64,000 bases of DNA from a virus: positions 32,001 to 96,000 of IMG/VR virus record IMGVR_UViG_3300021093_003900; one strand, 5' to 3'. Made by a program: the position numbers and the translations under genes. Each line of letters begins with the position of its first letter. The stretch's first letter is position 1. Positions 1 to 9,679 of the stretch are shown here, piece after piece. A model generated the notes under the pieces. It ran no database searches and was not told the DNA's origin. It saw nothing but the letters and a program-made list of their open reading frames with translations.

Positions 1-663
1 CGTAAATCATTTTTTGATAATCAAAATTATAATTGGGTATATGTGTGTAATTCTAATGAAGGACATCACGGATGGGTTTCTGAACACAAATTAATTGCTG
101 AATGGTATTACGACAAAAAAGTTAGTGTTGACGAAGAAATTCATCACAAAGATTTTAATGGTAAAAATAATAACCCTGAAAATTTGCAAATTATGAATAT
201 TTCAGAGCACAGGGCTTATCACAGAAAATTGAATAATGAAAAACTTTGGGCTAATCCAGAATTCAGAGAAAAAATGTCAATTGTTGCTAAAAAAAAGGGA
301 AAACTAAGTTGGAATGGGAGGAGAGTGGGTGTCAAGAACCCGTCTTATTTTCACATACCCTACGATTTAATAGTTCAAAAAGCTACTGAGCATAAAACTT
401 TAATGGGTACAGCTTCGGCACTTAATATTTCATACAAAAAATTACAAAGAGAAATAACATATGCTGGGTATAAAGATTGGAGTACTTTTTGTTTTGCTTA
501 TGGTATTGGAAAATCGAAATATTCAATCGCTAAGGTTAAAGGTGATAGTTATGTTTTTAACCATAAAATTGTAAGTATTGAACCGCACGGAGTTGTGCCA
601 GTGTATGACTTGAGTGTACCTGGATATAAAAACTTTGCAACTGACACCATATTTTCCCATAAC
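1..663 (+). mobile_element. Intein with HNH homing endonuclease in the portal gene (C-terminal part visible)
   Basis: Block F/G KIVSIEPHGVVPVYDLSVPGYKNFATDTIFSHN|T (His 658-660, Asn 661-663, +1 Thr 664-666); HNH motif EHKLIAE...IHHKDFNGKNNNPENL...EH. Confidence 0.9.
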
Positions 664-2229
664 ACACCAGAAATCGCGTCAGCATTGGATACATATGCTG
701 AAGAATCAACCACCGTTGATGAAAATGGTTTTATGTTACAGATTTATTCTGATTCGCCCAGAATAAAATCTATTCTAGCGGATTTATTTAATAACGCTCT
801 TGACATCAACACAAACTTACCGATGTGGACACGTAATACCGCCAAATATGGTGATAATTTTGTGTTTCTGAAATTAGACCCTGAAAAAGGTGTTGTGGGT
901 TGTTTACAACTACCTAACATTGAAATAGAAAGAATTGAGGTAGGAATGAAAGGGAGAGCAACCTCAGGATTTGGAGCTGCACAAGCATCCAACGCCGATA
1001 CAAAAAGTTTAACATTTACTTGGAAAAACAAACAACTGGATTTTAATAGTTGGGAAATTGCCCACTTCCGATTGTTAGGTGATGATCGTAAATTACCTTA
1101 CGGAACAGCGATGACCGAAAAAGCAAGAAGGATTTGGAAACAATTGGTATTAGCTGAGGATGCAATGCTTGTTTATCGAACATCTAGAGCCCCTGAAAGA
1201 AGGGTATTTAAAGTTTATGTTGGTAATATGGACGACGCGGATGTTTATCCATATGTCCAAAGATTTGCACAACAATTTAAAAAAGATCAGATTGCAGACC
1301 CAAAAACAGGTAATGTTGACATGAGATTCAATCAGATGGCGGTAGACCAAGACTTTTTTATCCCTGTTAGAGATCCTGCAGCACCTACACCAATTGACAC
1401 TTTAGCTGGTGCTCAAAATCTGTCAGAGATTGCAGATATCGAGTACATTCAGAAAAAACTCTTGACGGCACTTAGAATTCCGAAAGCATTTTTAGGATTT
1501 GAGGAACCTGTTGGTGATGGTAAAAATTTATCACTACAAGACATTCGTTTTGCAAGAACAATTAATAGAATTCAAAAGTGTATGATTTCGGAGTTAAATA
1601 AAATTGCTATTATACACTTGTTTTTACTTGGTTTTGAAGATGAACTTGGTTCATTTCAATTATCACTGACTAATCCATCTAAACAAGCCGATTTACTCGC
1701 AGTAGAAGTTTGGAAAGAAAAAATGTTATTGTATAGAGATTGTGTCACTAAAATTGAAGGTATTGCACCAGTATCTCAGGCTTGGGCCAAAAAACACGTT
1801 CTTGGATTTTCAGATGATGAAATCAAACTTGATTTACAACAACAAAGAATGGAAATGGCGGTAGCGACAGAACTCACAAATACGCCTAATGTTATTAACA
1901 GAACAGGTATATTTGACAGTATCGATAAGTTGTACGGAAAACAAGTTATGAGTGGAGAATCATCAACCACAGGTACACTACCTATGGGTGGTGTAGAACC
2001 ATTACCTCCTAGTGGTGGTGGATTTGGTGGAGATATAGGTGTGGGTGGAACACCACCACCACCTCTAGGGGTACCCACATTAGCACCAGAAAGTAGGAAA
2101 AAAACACCAAACATAATCTTAGAAAGGATGGAAATAGAAAATAGAGAAGAAATAGATTTTGACAAAGGTGAAAAAATATTATCATCAATTCAAAATGAGT
2201 TGGACAAATTATCAGATGAAACTATTTAA
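1..2229 (+). CDS. T4 gp20-like portal protein containing an intein; 5'-partial (frame is open to the window edge)
   Basis: Portal-like motifs PEIASALDTYAEEST, KYGDNF, LAEDAMLVYRTSRAPERRVFKVYVGN, DIEYIQKKLLTALRIPKAFL, QDIRFARTINRIQ; lies upstream of protease, scaffold and capsid genes. Confidence 0.92.
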   Translation, partial: RKSFFDNQNYNWVYVCNSNEGHHGWVSEHKLIAEWYYDKKVSVDEEIHHKDFNGKNNNPENLQIMNISEHRAYHRKLNNEKLWANPEFREKMSIVAKKKGKLSWNGRRVGVKNPSYFHIPYDLIVQKATEHKTLMGTASALNISYKKLQREITYAGYKDWSTFCFAYGIGKSKYSIAKVKGDSYVFNHKIVSIEPHGVVPVYDLSVPGYKNFATDTIFSHNTPEIASALDTYAEESTTVDENGFMLQIYSDSPRIKSILADLFNNALDINTNLPMWTRNTAKYGDNFVFLKLDPEKGVVGCLQLPNIEIERIEVGMKGRATSGFGAAQASNADTKSLTFTWKNKQLDFNSWEIAHFRLLGDDRKLPYGTAMTEKARRIWKQLVLAEDAMLVYRTSRAPERRVFKVYVGNMDDADVYPYVQRFAQQFKKDQIADPKTGNVDMRFNQMAVDQDFFIPVRDPAAPTPIDTLAGAQNLSEIADIEYIQKKLLTALRIPKAFLGFEEPVGDGKNLSLQDIRFARTINRIQKCMISELNKIAIIHLFLLGFEDELGSFQLSLTNPSKQADLLAVEVWKEKMLLYRDCVTKIEGIAPVSQAWAKKHVLGFSDDEIKLDLQQQRMEMAVATELTNTPNVINRTGIFDSIDKLYGKQVMSGESSTTGTLPMGGVEPLPPSGGGFGGDIGVGGTPPPPLGVPTLAPESRKKTPNIILERMEIENREEIDFDKGEKILSSIQNELDKLSDETI

Positions 2230-2242
2230 CAAATAAAAAACT

Positions 2243-2944
2243 ATGAAATTCGGAGAACTATTTTCAGCAATCGAAAGCCATTTGTTATCCTCTTACAAGA
2301 AAGGAATTTTTGAATCACAAATAAACGGCTTCAACAATTTGGTACTTAAAAATAAAAAATTATCATCAATATTCTATCTTTATAATCAATTAGACAAAAC
2401 CAATTCTTTAGACCGAGAATCAGCTGAATTATTAATTCAGGAAACGGTCAAACAAATTGAAAATATTAAACTTGACGTAAAAAAGAAATTAGTGGAACTA
2501 TGGTTGAAAGATGTAAAAACTGAGAATGTCTACAAAGATATCGATAATTTGATTTACACAGATATTACAAATTTAGTAGAAACAGTACAGTCTAAAAAGA
2601 AATTGATTTCAACACTTACAGAAACAGTTCAACCAAAAGAAAAAGTTAATATACCAATAACAACTCTTTTCAAAATCGCAAATAGAACAACATCAGAATA
2701 TGTCCAAAGTTTGGATGAGGACACGAAAAAAGAATTGACAAATATTCTTACCGAAGATATTGAGGTGTTAGAAAACAAATATACTGAACTTAAAAAAGAC
2801 ACAATAGAAAAATTAAGACAAAAATTGTCTGAGAATTCTGGTGAAGTTTTTAATAAAATTGAAGAAGTTCTTTATCAGATCGACAGAGAATCGTTTGACA
2901 GGATTAATTACGTGAGGTTAAAGTCCTTATCGGACAATTTGTAA
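2243..2944 (+). CDS. Hypothetical helical protein of the head module
   Basis: 233-aa ORF directly after the portal; no recognised motif. Confidence 0.7.
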   Translation: MKFGELFSAIESHLLSSYKKGIFESQINGFNNLVLKNKKLSSIFYLYNQLDKTNSLDRESAELLIQETVKQIENIKLDVKKKLVELWLKDVKTENVYKDIDNLIYTDITNLVETVQSKKKLISTLTETVQPKEKVNIPITTLFKIANRTTSEYVQSLDEDTKKELTNILTEDIEVLENKYTELKKDTIEKLRQKLSENSGEVFNKIEEVLYQIDRESFDRINYVRLKSLSDNL

Positions 2945-2946
2945 TT

Positions 2947-3138
2947 TCAGTTCTCCGCGTCACGTTTTCTTTGAATGAATTGAGCCTTCAAAACTTCTTT
3001 TCTTCTTTTTTGAGCCTTACTCTCAAAAGAAAGTCTTGACAATAATCCTTCATTTTGTTTTGTTTTGATAATTTTTCCTTTTAATAATTTCAAGGATTTA
3101 TCAAGACTAGATGTTCCGTTTACTTTAATTTTAATCAT
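2947..3138 (-). CDS. rpsU: Phage-encoded ribosomal protein bS21 (Bacteroidota-like)
   Basis: 63-aa basic protein; pattern IKV...SLDKSLKLLKGK..KTK...L.SR..F....QKRR....KAQFIQ resembles bS21 from memory; opposite strand between portal and protease genes. Confidence 0.8.
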   Translation of the reverse strand: MIKIKVNGTSSLDKSLKLLKGKIIKTKQNEGLLSRLSFESKAQKRRKEVLKAQFIQRKRDAEN

Positions 3139-3233
3139 GTGCTATAAATAATAGAAAAGTTAAAAAAAATTTGATTTGTATCAATAATTGTGTTATTTTT
3201 TTGTAAAAATAAACGAGTATAGAATATGGATAA

Positions 3234-3683
3234 ATGAAAAAAGGCAAAACCTGTAAATTGAACGGATTTACAAGATTGAAAAGTACGTATGGAACAGTAG
3301 ATTCTAAAACATTTAAATCTTTGTATTTGAACATACAAAGTTGGGTGACACCTCAAAAAAGTGTCGAAAATTGGTCAAGAGTGGTAAACATTCTAAATAG
3401 AGAAATAAAGGAGACCATAAATGAAATTTTAGATCTTACATTATTACAACCAAAATTTATTTTAGACCTAGACCTAAGAACCAGTGGATTAGTTGTTGGG
3501 AAAAAAAGTTTTATGAATTTGGAAATAACATTCTTTGTGGCGAAAAATGTAGAATTCAAATCAACATTACTAAAAACACATCTTCAAAATCTTACATCAT
3601 TTATAAATTCACACAATTTTACAAAAAACACTTACTTTAAATTTGAAAAAACAAAGAAACTGAAAACAATTGATATTATCTAA
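3234..3683 (+). CDS. Hypothetical protein
   Basis: 149-aa ORF divergent from bS21. Confidence 0.7.
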   Translation: MKKGKTCKLNGFTRLKSTYGTVDSKTFKSLYLNIQSWVTPQKSVENWSRVVNILNREIKETINEILDLTLLQPKFILDLDLRTSGLVVGKKSFMNLEITFFVAKNVEFKSTLLKTHLQNLTSFINSHNFTKNTYFKFEKTKKLKTIDII

Positions 3684-3704
3684 TATTTATCAATAAATTT
3701 TTTT

Positions 3705-4436
3705 ATGAAAATATTAAGGTCAAACGAAGTAGGTAGAGGAATTTTAATTGAAATGGATGCTGGATATATTTCAGCAACTGATGAAAGAAATTTGAAAGTA
3801 ATTCAAGAACAGAAAACTCAATTAGATCATTCTAAACCTTTTGAATTTTATGCTGTACTTCAAAAGTACAACACACCAAACAGAAATGGTAGAGTATATC
3901 CTGAAGAAATTCTCAAAAGAGAAGCTGAAAATTATAGAAAATTAATCAAAAAGGGAGTGGCTCTTTCAGAACTTAATCACCCAGAATCTTCACTTATTGA
4001 TTTAGATCGAGTATGTCACGTTATTACTGATTTATGGTGGGAAAACCAAATGCTTTTAGGAAAATTAAAATTATTGACATCACCGGGTTTTCACGAGAGA
4101 GGTATCGTTTCAACAAAAGGAGACCAAGCAGCTAACTTACTCAGGCAAGGAGTTACTTTGGGTATATCCTCAAGAGGTGTAGGATCCTTGAAAAAGGTAG
4201 GTGAACAAAATGAAGTTCAGAAAGATTTCGAATTAATTTGTTTTGATTTGGTATCATCACCCTCAACACCCGGAGCGTATCTATTTACAAATATTGATGA
4301 TAAATATTCGTTTGATGAAAATATTGAAGAAGAAAAAAAAATGAGACAAATATCTACTGAATCATCAAATGACGGTAATCCTATGAATCGCTCTATTGAT
4401 TTAATGAATAAATTGAATAACTTTTTAAAAAAATAA
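3705..4436 (+). CDS. Prohead core protease (T4 gp21-like)
   Basis: NRNGRVYP, ELNHP, LGISSRGVGS, FDLVSSPSTPGA motifs. Confidence 0.93.
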   Translation: MKILRSNEVGRGILIEMDAGYISATDERNLKVIQEQKTQLDHSKPFEFYAVLQKYNTPNRNGRVYPEEILKREAENYRKLIKKGVALSELNHPESSLIDLDRVCHVITDLWWENQMLLGKLKLLTSPGFHERGIVSTKGDQAANLLRQGVTLGISSRGVGSLKKVGEQNEVQKDFELICFDLVSSPSTPGAYLFTNIDDKYSFDENIEEEKKMRQISTESSNDGNPMNRSIDLMNKLNNFLKK

Positions 4437-4439
4437 TTT

Positions 4440-4652
4440 ATGGAAGAATCAAAGTATTTTGTATCAAAAATACAATATGATCTACCCGATGAAAATTCAG
4501 GTAAGATCAAAAAGATCACTGAAATGAAACTTGTACGAGCAATTTCAGTTACAGATGTTGAAGCCAAAGTAACTGAAAAGTACCAAGGTTTCCAACACGA
4601 TTGGCGAATAACTTCGGTAGTCGAAAGTAAAATTGACGAAGTGATTGAGTGA
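4440..4652 (+). CDS. DUF4494-like small protein
   Basis: YFVSKIQY...GKIKKITEMKLVRAISVTDVEAKVTE resembles the Bacteroidota DUF4494 pattern (from memory). Confidence 0.55.
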   Translation: MEESKYFVSKIQYDLPDENSGKIKKITEMKLVRAISVTDVEAKVTEKYQGFQHDWRITSVVESKIDEVIE

Positions 4653-4657
4653 AAATT

Positions 4658-4686
4658 AACCCCACAAATTAGTGGGGTTTTTTTTT
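4658..4686 (+). terminator. Rho-independent terminator
   Basis: Stem AACCCCAC/GTGGGGTT followed by a T run. Confidence 0.85.
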
Positions 4687-4770
4687 GAAAATTTTTTTTA
4701 CAACAAAAATTCTAAAAATTAATATTTTTTACGTTATGGGTATATTTATATGGAAAAATTTAATATTTCT

Positions 4771-6459
4771 ATGGCAGACAAAAAGTCATTAGTAGAGGAA
4801 GCACTTCTTCAGATGAAAAATCTTGAAGATGTTGTTACTGAAAACGCAAAAGGAATACTTGCTTCAACTATGAAGGAAGAAATCTCTGAGTTGGTAAAAG
4901 AGTCTTTGAAAAACAAGGCTAAAAATAAATTGAAAGAACAAGACGAACCAGATACTGATCCTGATGATGTGGATATGGATCCTGATGACATGGATATGGA
5001 TTCTGATGATGAAATGGATATGGATCCTGATGATGACATGGATATGGATCCTGATGATGACATGGATATGGATCCTGATGATGACATGGATATGGATCCT
5101 GATGATGAAATGGATATGGAACCTGAGGTTAATATTGACATTGAAGACGATGTGGTGGAAATCCCAGACGACGCTTCAATGGAAGACGTTCTTAGTGTAT
5201 TCAAAAAAATGGGGCCGTCAGATAGAATAATCGTTAAAAAAGAAGGTGATAAAATTCACCTTGACGACGAAGATGAAGATGTTGAATATATCATCTCAAC
5301 TAACGAATCGATTTCAGAAAAAGAACGGATGTCAGATAGGGATTTAGATCGAATTATGAATGATATCTTCGAAGATGAAGATGTAGTCGATGATTTTGAC
5401 GAAGATGACTTGGATGATACTCTTGGTGAAGATATGGATTCTGATATAGATGTGGAAACAGACGAAGTTGTATATGAAATTTCAATGGACGAAGAAATGG
5501 ACGAAGAAATGGACGAGGAAATGTATGAGGGAATGGACGAGGAAATGTATGAGGGAATGGACGAGGAAATGTATGAGGGAATGGATGAGGAAATGTATGA
5601 GGGAATGGATGAAGAAGTAGAGGAAACTATGTATGAGTCCAAGTTTGGTATGAAACCTATTATGTTTTCTAATTGGAAATCAGGAAAAAAATTGGGTTCT
5701 AAAACTGAAACTAAAGAATCTACTACAACAAAACCCAAAGAAAAAGAAAAGGTTGAAACTGGTAAGGAAAAATCAAAAAGTCCTTTCCATAGACCAGGTG
5801 AAAAAACAGCGCCTAAAGCTAAAAAAACCGAAACTAAAGAAGGTATGGGTAAATTCAAACCAAAGGGTACTGGAATGAATCTTTCTCCGAAAAAATTTGA
5901 ATACAAAGAAGGAAAGAAACATGACATATCAGCGGTTGAAAAAAGAATTGCTGGAGCATTCTCCAAAGGTGAAACTAAAGAGGCGGCTAGAACTCTAGGT
6001 AATGGAACAAGAAACTTTGCTCCAAGAAAAGGTCTACCAAAAATGAAAGTGATTCCCAATTCTGCAATTAGAGAAGAAGTTGAATCTTTGAGACAAAAAA
6101 ATGTTGAGTATCAAAAAGCATTGAATGTTTTCAGAGAAAAACTTAACGAAGTTGCTGTCTTCAATTCAAATTTGGCTTACGCTACAAGGTTATTCACAGA
6201 ACATCCTACGTCCAAACAAGAAAAGATTAACATCTTAAGAAGATTTGATGAAGTTGAGACAATTAAAGAATCTAAAAATTTGTACAACGCAGTCAAAAAT
6301 GAATTAACAAATTCAAATAAAAATGTGGTTACTGAATCAATAGAAAAAATCGAAAAAACACATTCTTCAGGATCATCACAAAATTTAATTGAATCAAAAA
6401 CTTATGAAAATCCTCAGTTCATGCGAATGAAGGATATCATGCAAAAAATAAATAAATAA
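4771..6459 (+). CDS. Prohead scaffold/core protein (gp22-like), very acidic; alternative start at 4750
   Basis: Between protease and capsid genes; Asp/Glu-rich repeats, C-terminal coiled coil, many (L/I/V)xE sites. Confidence 0.75.
   Translation: MADKKSLVEEALLQMKNLEDVVTENAKGILASTMKEEISELVKESLKNKAKNKLKEQDEPDTDPDDVDMDPDDMDMDSDDEMDMDPDDDMDMDPDDDMDMDPDDDMDMDPDDEMDMEPEVNIDIEDDVVEIPDDASMEDVLSVFKKMGPSDRIIVKKEGDKIHLDDEDEDVEYIISTNESISEKERMSDRDLDRIMNDIFEDEDVVDDFDEDDLDDTLGEDMDSDIDVETDEVVYEISMDEEMDEEMDEEMYEGMDEEMYEGMDEEMYEGMDEEMYEGMDEEVEETMYESKFGMKPIMFSNWKSGKKLGSKTETKESTTTKPKEKEKVETGKEKSKSPFHRPGEKTAPKAKKTETKEGMGKFKPKGTGMNLSPKKFEYKEGKKHDISAVEKRIAGAFSKGETKEAARTLGNGTRNFAPRKGLPKMKVIPNSAIREEVESLRQKNVEYQKALNVFREKLNEVAVFNSNLAYATRLFTEHPTSKQEKINILRRFDEVETIKESKNLYNAVKNELTNSNKNVVTESIEKIEKTHSSGSSQNLIESKTYENPQFMRMKDIMQKINK
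4951..5121 (+). repeat. Coding tandem repeat, about 24 bp unit (DMDPDDDM)
   Basis: About six copies of gatatggatcctgatgatgacatg-like units. Confidence 0.9.
5485..5613 (+). repeat. Coding tandem repeat, 24 bp unit (EEMYEGMD) x4 plus MDEE units
   Basis: gaggaaatgtatgagggaatggac repeated. Confidence 0.9.
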
Positions 6460-6460
6460 A

Positions 6461-6490
6461 CAAAACTAAATAAAACTAAATAAAACTAAA
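6461..6490 (+). repeat. 10-nt repeat x3 forming the capsid gene leader
   Basis: CAAAACTAAA TAAAACTAAA TAAAACTAAA directly before the ATG at 6491. Confidence 0.85.
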
Positions 6491-8353
6491 ATGGGTGCAT
6501 TATTAGAAAGCGGTCTAGTTGGTAATATCGGGTTGAAACACCTTAAAGTTATCAAAGAAGACACAATTAACAAGTGGGACAAACTTGGGTTCCTAGAAGG
6601 ACTTAGAGGCCACATGAAAGAAAACGTTGCTCAATTGTATGAGAACCAAGCGTCTTTCTTGATAAACGAAGCTTCATCAACTTCAGACAGCGGTTCATTT
6701 GAAACTGTTGTATTCCCTATCGTGAGAAGGGTTTTCTCCAAACTTTTGGCGAACGATATCGTATCGGTTCAAGCTATGAATTTACCTATTGGTAAATTGT
6801 TCTACTTTGTTCCAAAGATCCAAGGTTATTCTGGTGGTACTTCACCAAACGACTTAGGTTGGTTAGGACAGAGTGGTGACCACTATGCTCCGATCGGTTC
6901 ACCAGGAAACTATCCGGGTAACCAAAATGCGGGTTATACTGCTGGTGATAGTACAGGTGATTACAATCCTTATTACAAAAAAGATCTTTACGATCTATTT
7001 TATGAAGGTGATGAGGCAACTCTTAACCCTCCAGGTCTTTTTGACTATTCAAAAGGTAAATGGACAGCAACAACAGCAACTACAGTAACTGTTGCGTGGA
7101 ATGCTGGTGGAAATCTAGTTGTTTCTGGTTATGGCTCAACTGATTATCGTAAGGTAATCTTGGCTATGAGTGGTTTCTCTAACGCTGGTGCTGGTCAATT
7201 GATCGGACCAAATGGTAATACAATGGACACCGAAGAATTCCTTTCTGGATTAAATATCTTTGGTGTGTATGCCAACACAACAACAGCTAGCCAAGCACCA
7301 GGTGCTGGTAATCCATTCCTTTTCAGAGTTGTAACTCAGAAATATGGTAAAGGTATCGTTCAATACGGATCACAAACTAACACAACATGGCCAATCGGTA
7401 ATAACTCTGGTGGTGCATACAATAATGTATGTGATGCAAATGGTGTTATCTATCTCGAAGTGGATCTTCAACAACCAGTTTGTGTATCTTGTGGACAAAC
7501 AACACCTGATGGTTATACAGGTTCAACATTCTCTTCCTCAACTGCGAATAACAATGCTTTCATTGCTATTTACAGAGTGTACAAAGAACTTGAATTTGAA
7601 GATCAGATTGGTGAGGTTTCTTTTGATTTGGAATCTGTCACAGTTTCTGTTACAGAAAGAAAATTGAGAGCCCAATGGTCTCCTGAACTTGCTCAAGACG
7701 TTTCGGCATTCCACAACATTGATGCAGAAGCTGAGTTAACAGCTCTTCTTTCTGAACAAGTTGCGGCTGAAATCGACAGAGAAATTTTGAGAGATTTGAG
7801 AAAAGGTGCTGCATGGAACTTGAGATGGGATTACAACGGTTGGAAGAGATTAGCTTCTACTGGTACAACCCCTTACACTCAAAAGGACTGGAATCAAACA
7901 CTTATCACTGCTATCAATCAGTTGTCGGCACAAATTCACAAGTCGACATTAAGAGGTGGTGCTAACTGGGTTGTTTGTTCTTCAGAAATTTCTGCGATCT
8001 TCGATGATTTGGAATATTTCCACGTATCGAACGCGGCTCCTGAACAAGATCAATACAATATGGGTATTGAGAGAATTGGTACACTATCTGGTAGATATCA
8101 GGTTTATAGGGATCCTTACTTCCCACCGAACCAACTTATCATCGGACACAAAGGTACGTCATTGTTAGATACTGGTTACATTTACGCTCCGTATGTACCT
8201 CTACAATTGACACCTACAATGTACAATCCATTCAACTTTACACCTATCAAAGGAATAATGACAAGATACGCCAAGAAAATGGTTAACAACCGTTTCTACG
8301 GACGTGTCACATGTGATGGTATTCGTACTTTCGATTTGAGAGAATTGCGTTAA
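6491..8353 (+). CDS. Major capsid protein (T4 gp23-like) with an internal insertion
   Basis: VSVQAMNLPIGKLFY, RKLRAQWSPELAQD, IDAEAELTALLSEQVAAEIDREIL, YAPYVPL, KGIMTRYA. Confidence 0.95.
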   Translation: MGALLESGLVGNIGLKHLKVIKEDTINKWDKLGFLEGLRGHMKENVAQLYENQASFLINEASSTSDSGSFETVVFPIVRRVFSKLLANDIVSVQAMNLPIGKLFYFVPKIQGYSGGTSPNDLGWLGQSGDHYAPIGSPGNYPGNQNAGYTAGDSTGDYNPYYKKDLYDLFYEGDEATLNPPGLFDYSKGKWTATTATTVTVAWNAGGNLVVSGYGSTDYRKVILAMSGFSNAGAGQLIGPNGNTMDTEEFLSGLNIFGVYANTTTASQAPGAGNPFLFRVVTQKYGKGIVQYGSQTNTTWPIGNNSGGAYNNVCDANGVIYLEVDLQQPVCVSCGQTTPDGYTGSTFSSSTANNNAFIAIYRVYKELEFEDQIGEVSFDLESVTVSVTERKLRAQWSPELAQDVSAFHNIDAEAELTALLSEQVAAEIDREILRDLRKGAAWNLRWDYNGWKRLASTGTTPYTQKDWNQTLITAINQLSAQIHKSTLRGGANWVVCSSEISAIFDDLEYFHVSNAAPEQDQYNMGIERIGTLSGRYQVYRDPYFPPNQLIIGHKGTSLLDTGYIYAPYVPLQLTPTMYNPFNFTPIKGIMTRYAKKMVNNRFYGRVTCDGIRTFDLRELR

Positions 8354-8371
8354 TTTTCTCAATGGTAATTG

Positions 8372-8404
8372 AAAAAAGGGACAATTACTTGTCCCTTTTT
8401 TTTT
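8372..8404. terminator. Bidirectional intrinsic terminator after the capsid gene
   Basis: AAAAAAGGGACAA-TTAC-TTGTCCCTTTTTTTTT between convergent genes. Confidence 0.9.
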
Positions 8405-8409
8405 GTATA

Positions 8410-8640
8410 TTATTTTGGAGAAGATAGGATTAAAATCCTCAATGATTTTGAAATTACTTCACTTTCTTTCAGTGAAAAAACACCATTCATATGTGCATAA
8501 TTCAATGCTTGTTGAATACAATACGCCGCTTGAGCTGAATTAATATCATCAATGAACTTTGACAGATTTTCTTCAGAATCATAATTTATTACCCCAAATA
8601 AAGTTCCCAAAATTTTAAGTTTTTCCTGTTCATTTTCCAT
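8410..8640 (-). CDS. Hypothetical protein
   Basis: 76-aa ORF filling the gap between terminator and next gene. Confidence 0.65.
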   Translation of the reverse strand: MENEQEKLKILGTLFGVINYDSEENLSKFIDDINSAQAAYCIQQALNYAHMNGVFSLKESEVISKSLRILILSSPK

Positions 8641-8674
8641 AATGAATGTATTTACATTAAGGTAGTAAAAAAAA

Positions 8675-9253
8675 ATGAATAATCAACTCAGGGAAGATTT
8701 AGCCGTTTGGTTTGGAACCAAAAAAAAGAAGAAAGGTAGTAAAGAACCACAAGGGCCTTGGGTTAACATTTGCCGTAAAAAAGAAGGTGGTGGACATCCA
8801 CCATGTGGGAGAGGTGACACAGATAAAGGCTCATATCCGAAATGTAGGGCTAAGAGTGTTGCATCAAGGATGACAGACGCACAAAAGAAAGCGGCTTGTC
8901 AACAAAAAAGAACTGCAGAAAAAAAAGACACACAATCAGGTAAAGGTCAAAAACCTGTGTATACATCATATAAACCAAAAAAAACCAAAAAAAACGAGGC
9001 TATGAGAGCCATTATTAAAAATCTTCTGCAGGAAACAATTAATCGAAAACAAATGCTCGAACTAGGGACATTAGTAGAATTGGAGCACACTAAAAATCCA
9101 AAAAGGGCAAAAGAAATTGCCAAGGATCATTTAGAACAAAATTCCAAATACTATTGTCTAATGTTCAGAATAGGACTCATTGATAAAAAAGATGCCAAGA
9201 AAATGGCAAAAGAGATTTGCCCTACGATTCAAGAAAATGAAGAATACCTCTAA
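8675..9253 (+). CDS. Basic Cys-containing protein with a C-terminal DUF5661-like segment
   Basis: WVNIC...PCGR...YPKC domain plus ELGTLVELEHT...AKEIAKDHLEQNSKYY. Confidence 0.6.
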   Translation: MNNQLREDLAVWFGTKKKKKGSKEPQGPWVNICRKKEGGGHPPCGRGDTDKGSYPKCRAKSVASRMTDAQKKAACQQKRTAEKKDTQSGKGQKPVYTSYKPKKTKKNEAMRAIIKNLLQETINRKQMLELGTLVELEHTKNPKRAKEIAKDHLEQNSKYYCLMFRIGLIDKKDAKKMAKEICPTIQENEEYL

Positions 9254-9626
9254 GGGAATATTTAATATTCTGGGTAATCTTTTTTTCCATCAGAGATCTT
9301 TTTAATTCAATTTTTTGGTTGAATTTTTCAATTAATTTTTGGTGGAGAAATTCATTTAAGTAAACATTGTAAGCACAATGTTCATTTACAATGTTTACAT
9401 TGACTGAGTCAATTGTAATAAACAAGTTTTTATCATCATTTTTGATGTACCGTTTGTTTGTAATTGGTGCCATTAAAAGCTCACTTGTATCATCTTCAAT
9501 TAAATTTATACAAATTTTAAATGCAATCATCTCATATCTTGATTGCATTTTTGGTCTTAAGTACCTAAGAGTTTCGATGTACTTTTTTTTGAAAAATCGT
9601 TTAACTTCTAAATAGATTTTTTTCAT
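9222..9626 (-). CDS. Hypothetical protein
   Basis: 134-aa ORF with a Bacteroidota-type promoter upstream. Confidence 0.7.
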   Translation of the reverse strand: MKKIYLEVKRFFKKKYIETLRYLRPKMQSRYEMIAFKICINLIEDDTSELLMAPITNKRYIKNDDKNLFITIDSVNVNIVNEHCAYNVYLNEFLHQKLIEKFNQKIELKRSLMEKKITQNIKYSLRGILHFLES

Positions 9627-9643
9627 TGTCTAAGTTCTTGTCA

Positions 9644-9674
9644 CAAATATAAATTAAATATTCAAAAAACCAAA
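9644..9674 (-). promoter_or_regulatory. Bacteroidota housekeeping-type promoter
   Basis: TTTG (9674-9671), 19-nt spacer, TATATTTG (9651-9644), matching -33 TTTG / -7 TAnnTTTG. Confidence 0.7.
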
Positions 9675-9679
9675 TAAAA

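Noticed and set aside
1096-1125. Portal segment YGTAMTEK looks atypical and slightly GC-richer
   Set aside because: Cannot be assessed without an alignment and is too short to support a claim.
4809-6059. Long antisense Ser-rich ORFs and the MMTWIWIL off-frame ORF
   Set aside because: They are shadows of the repetitive scaffold codons and show no independent signal.
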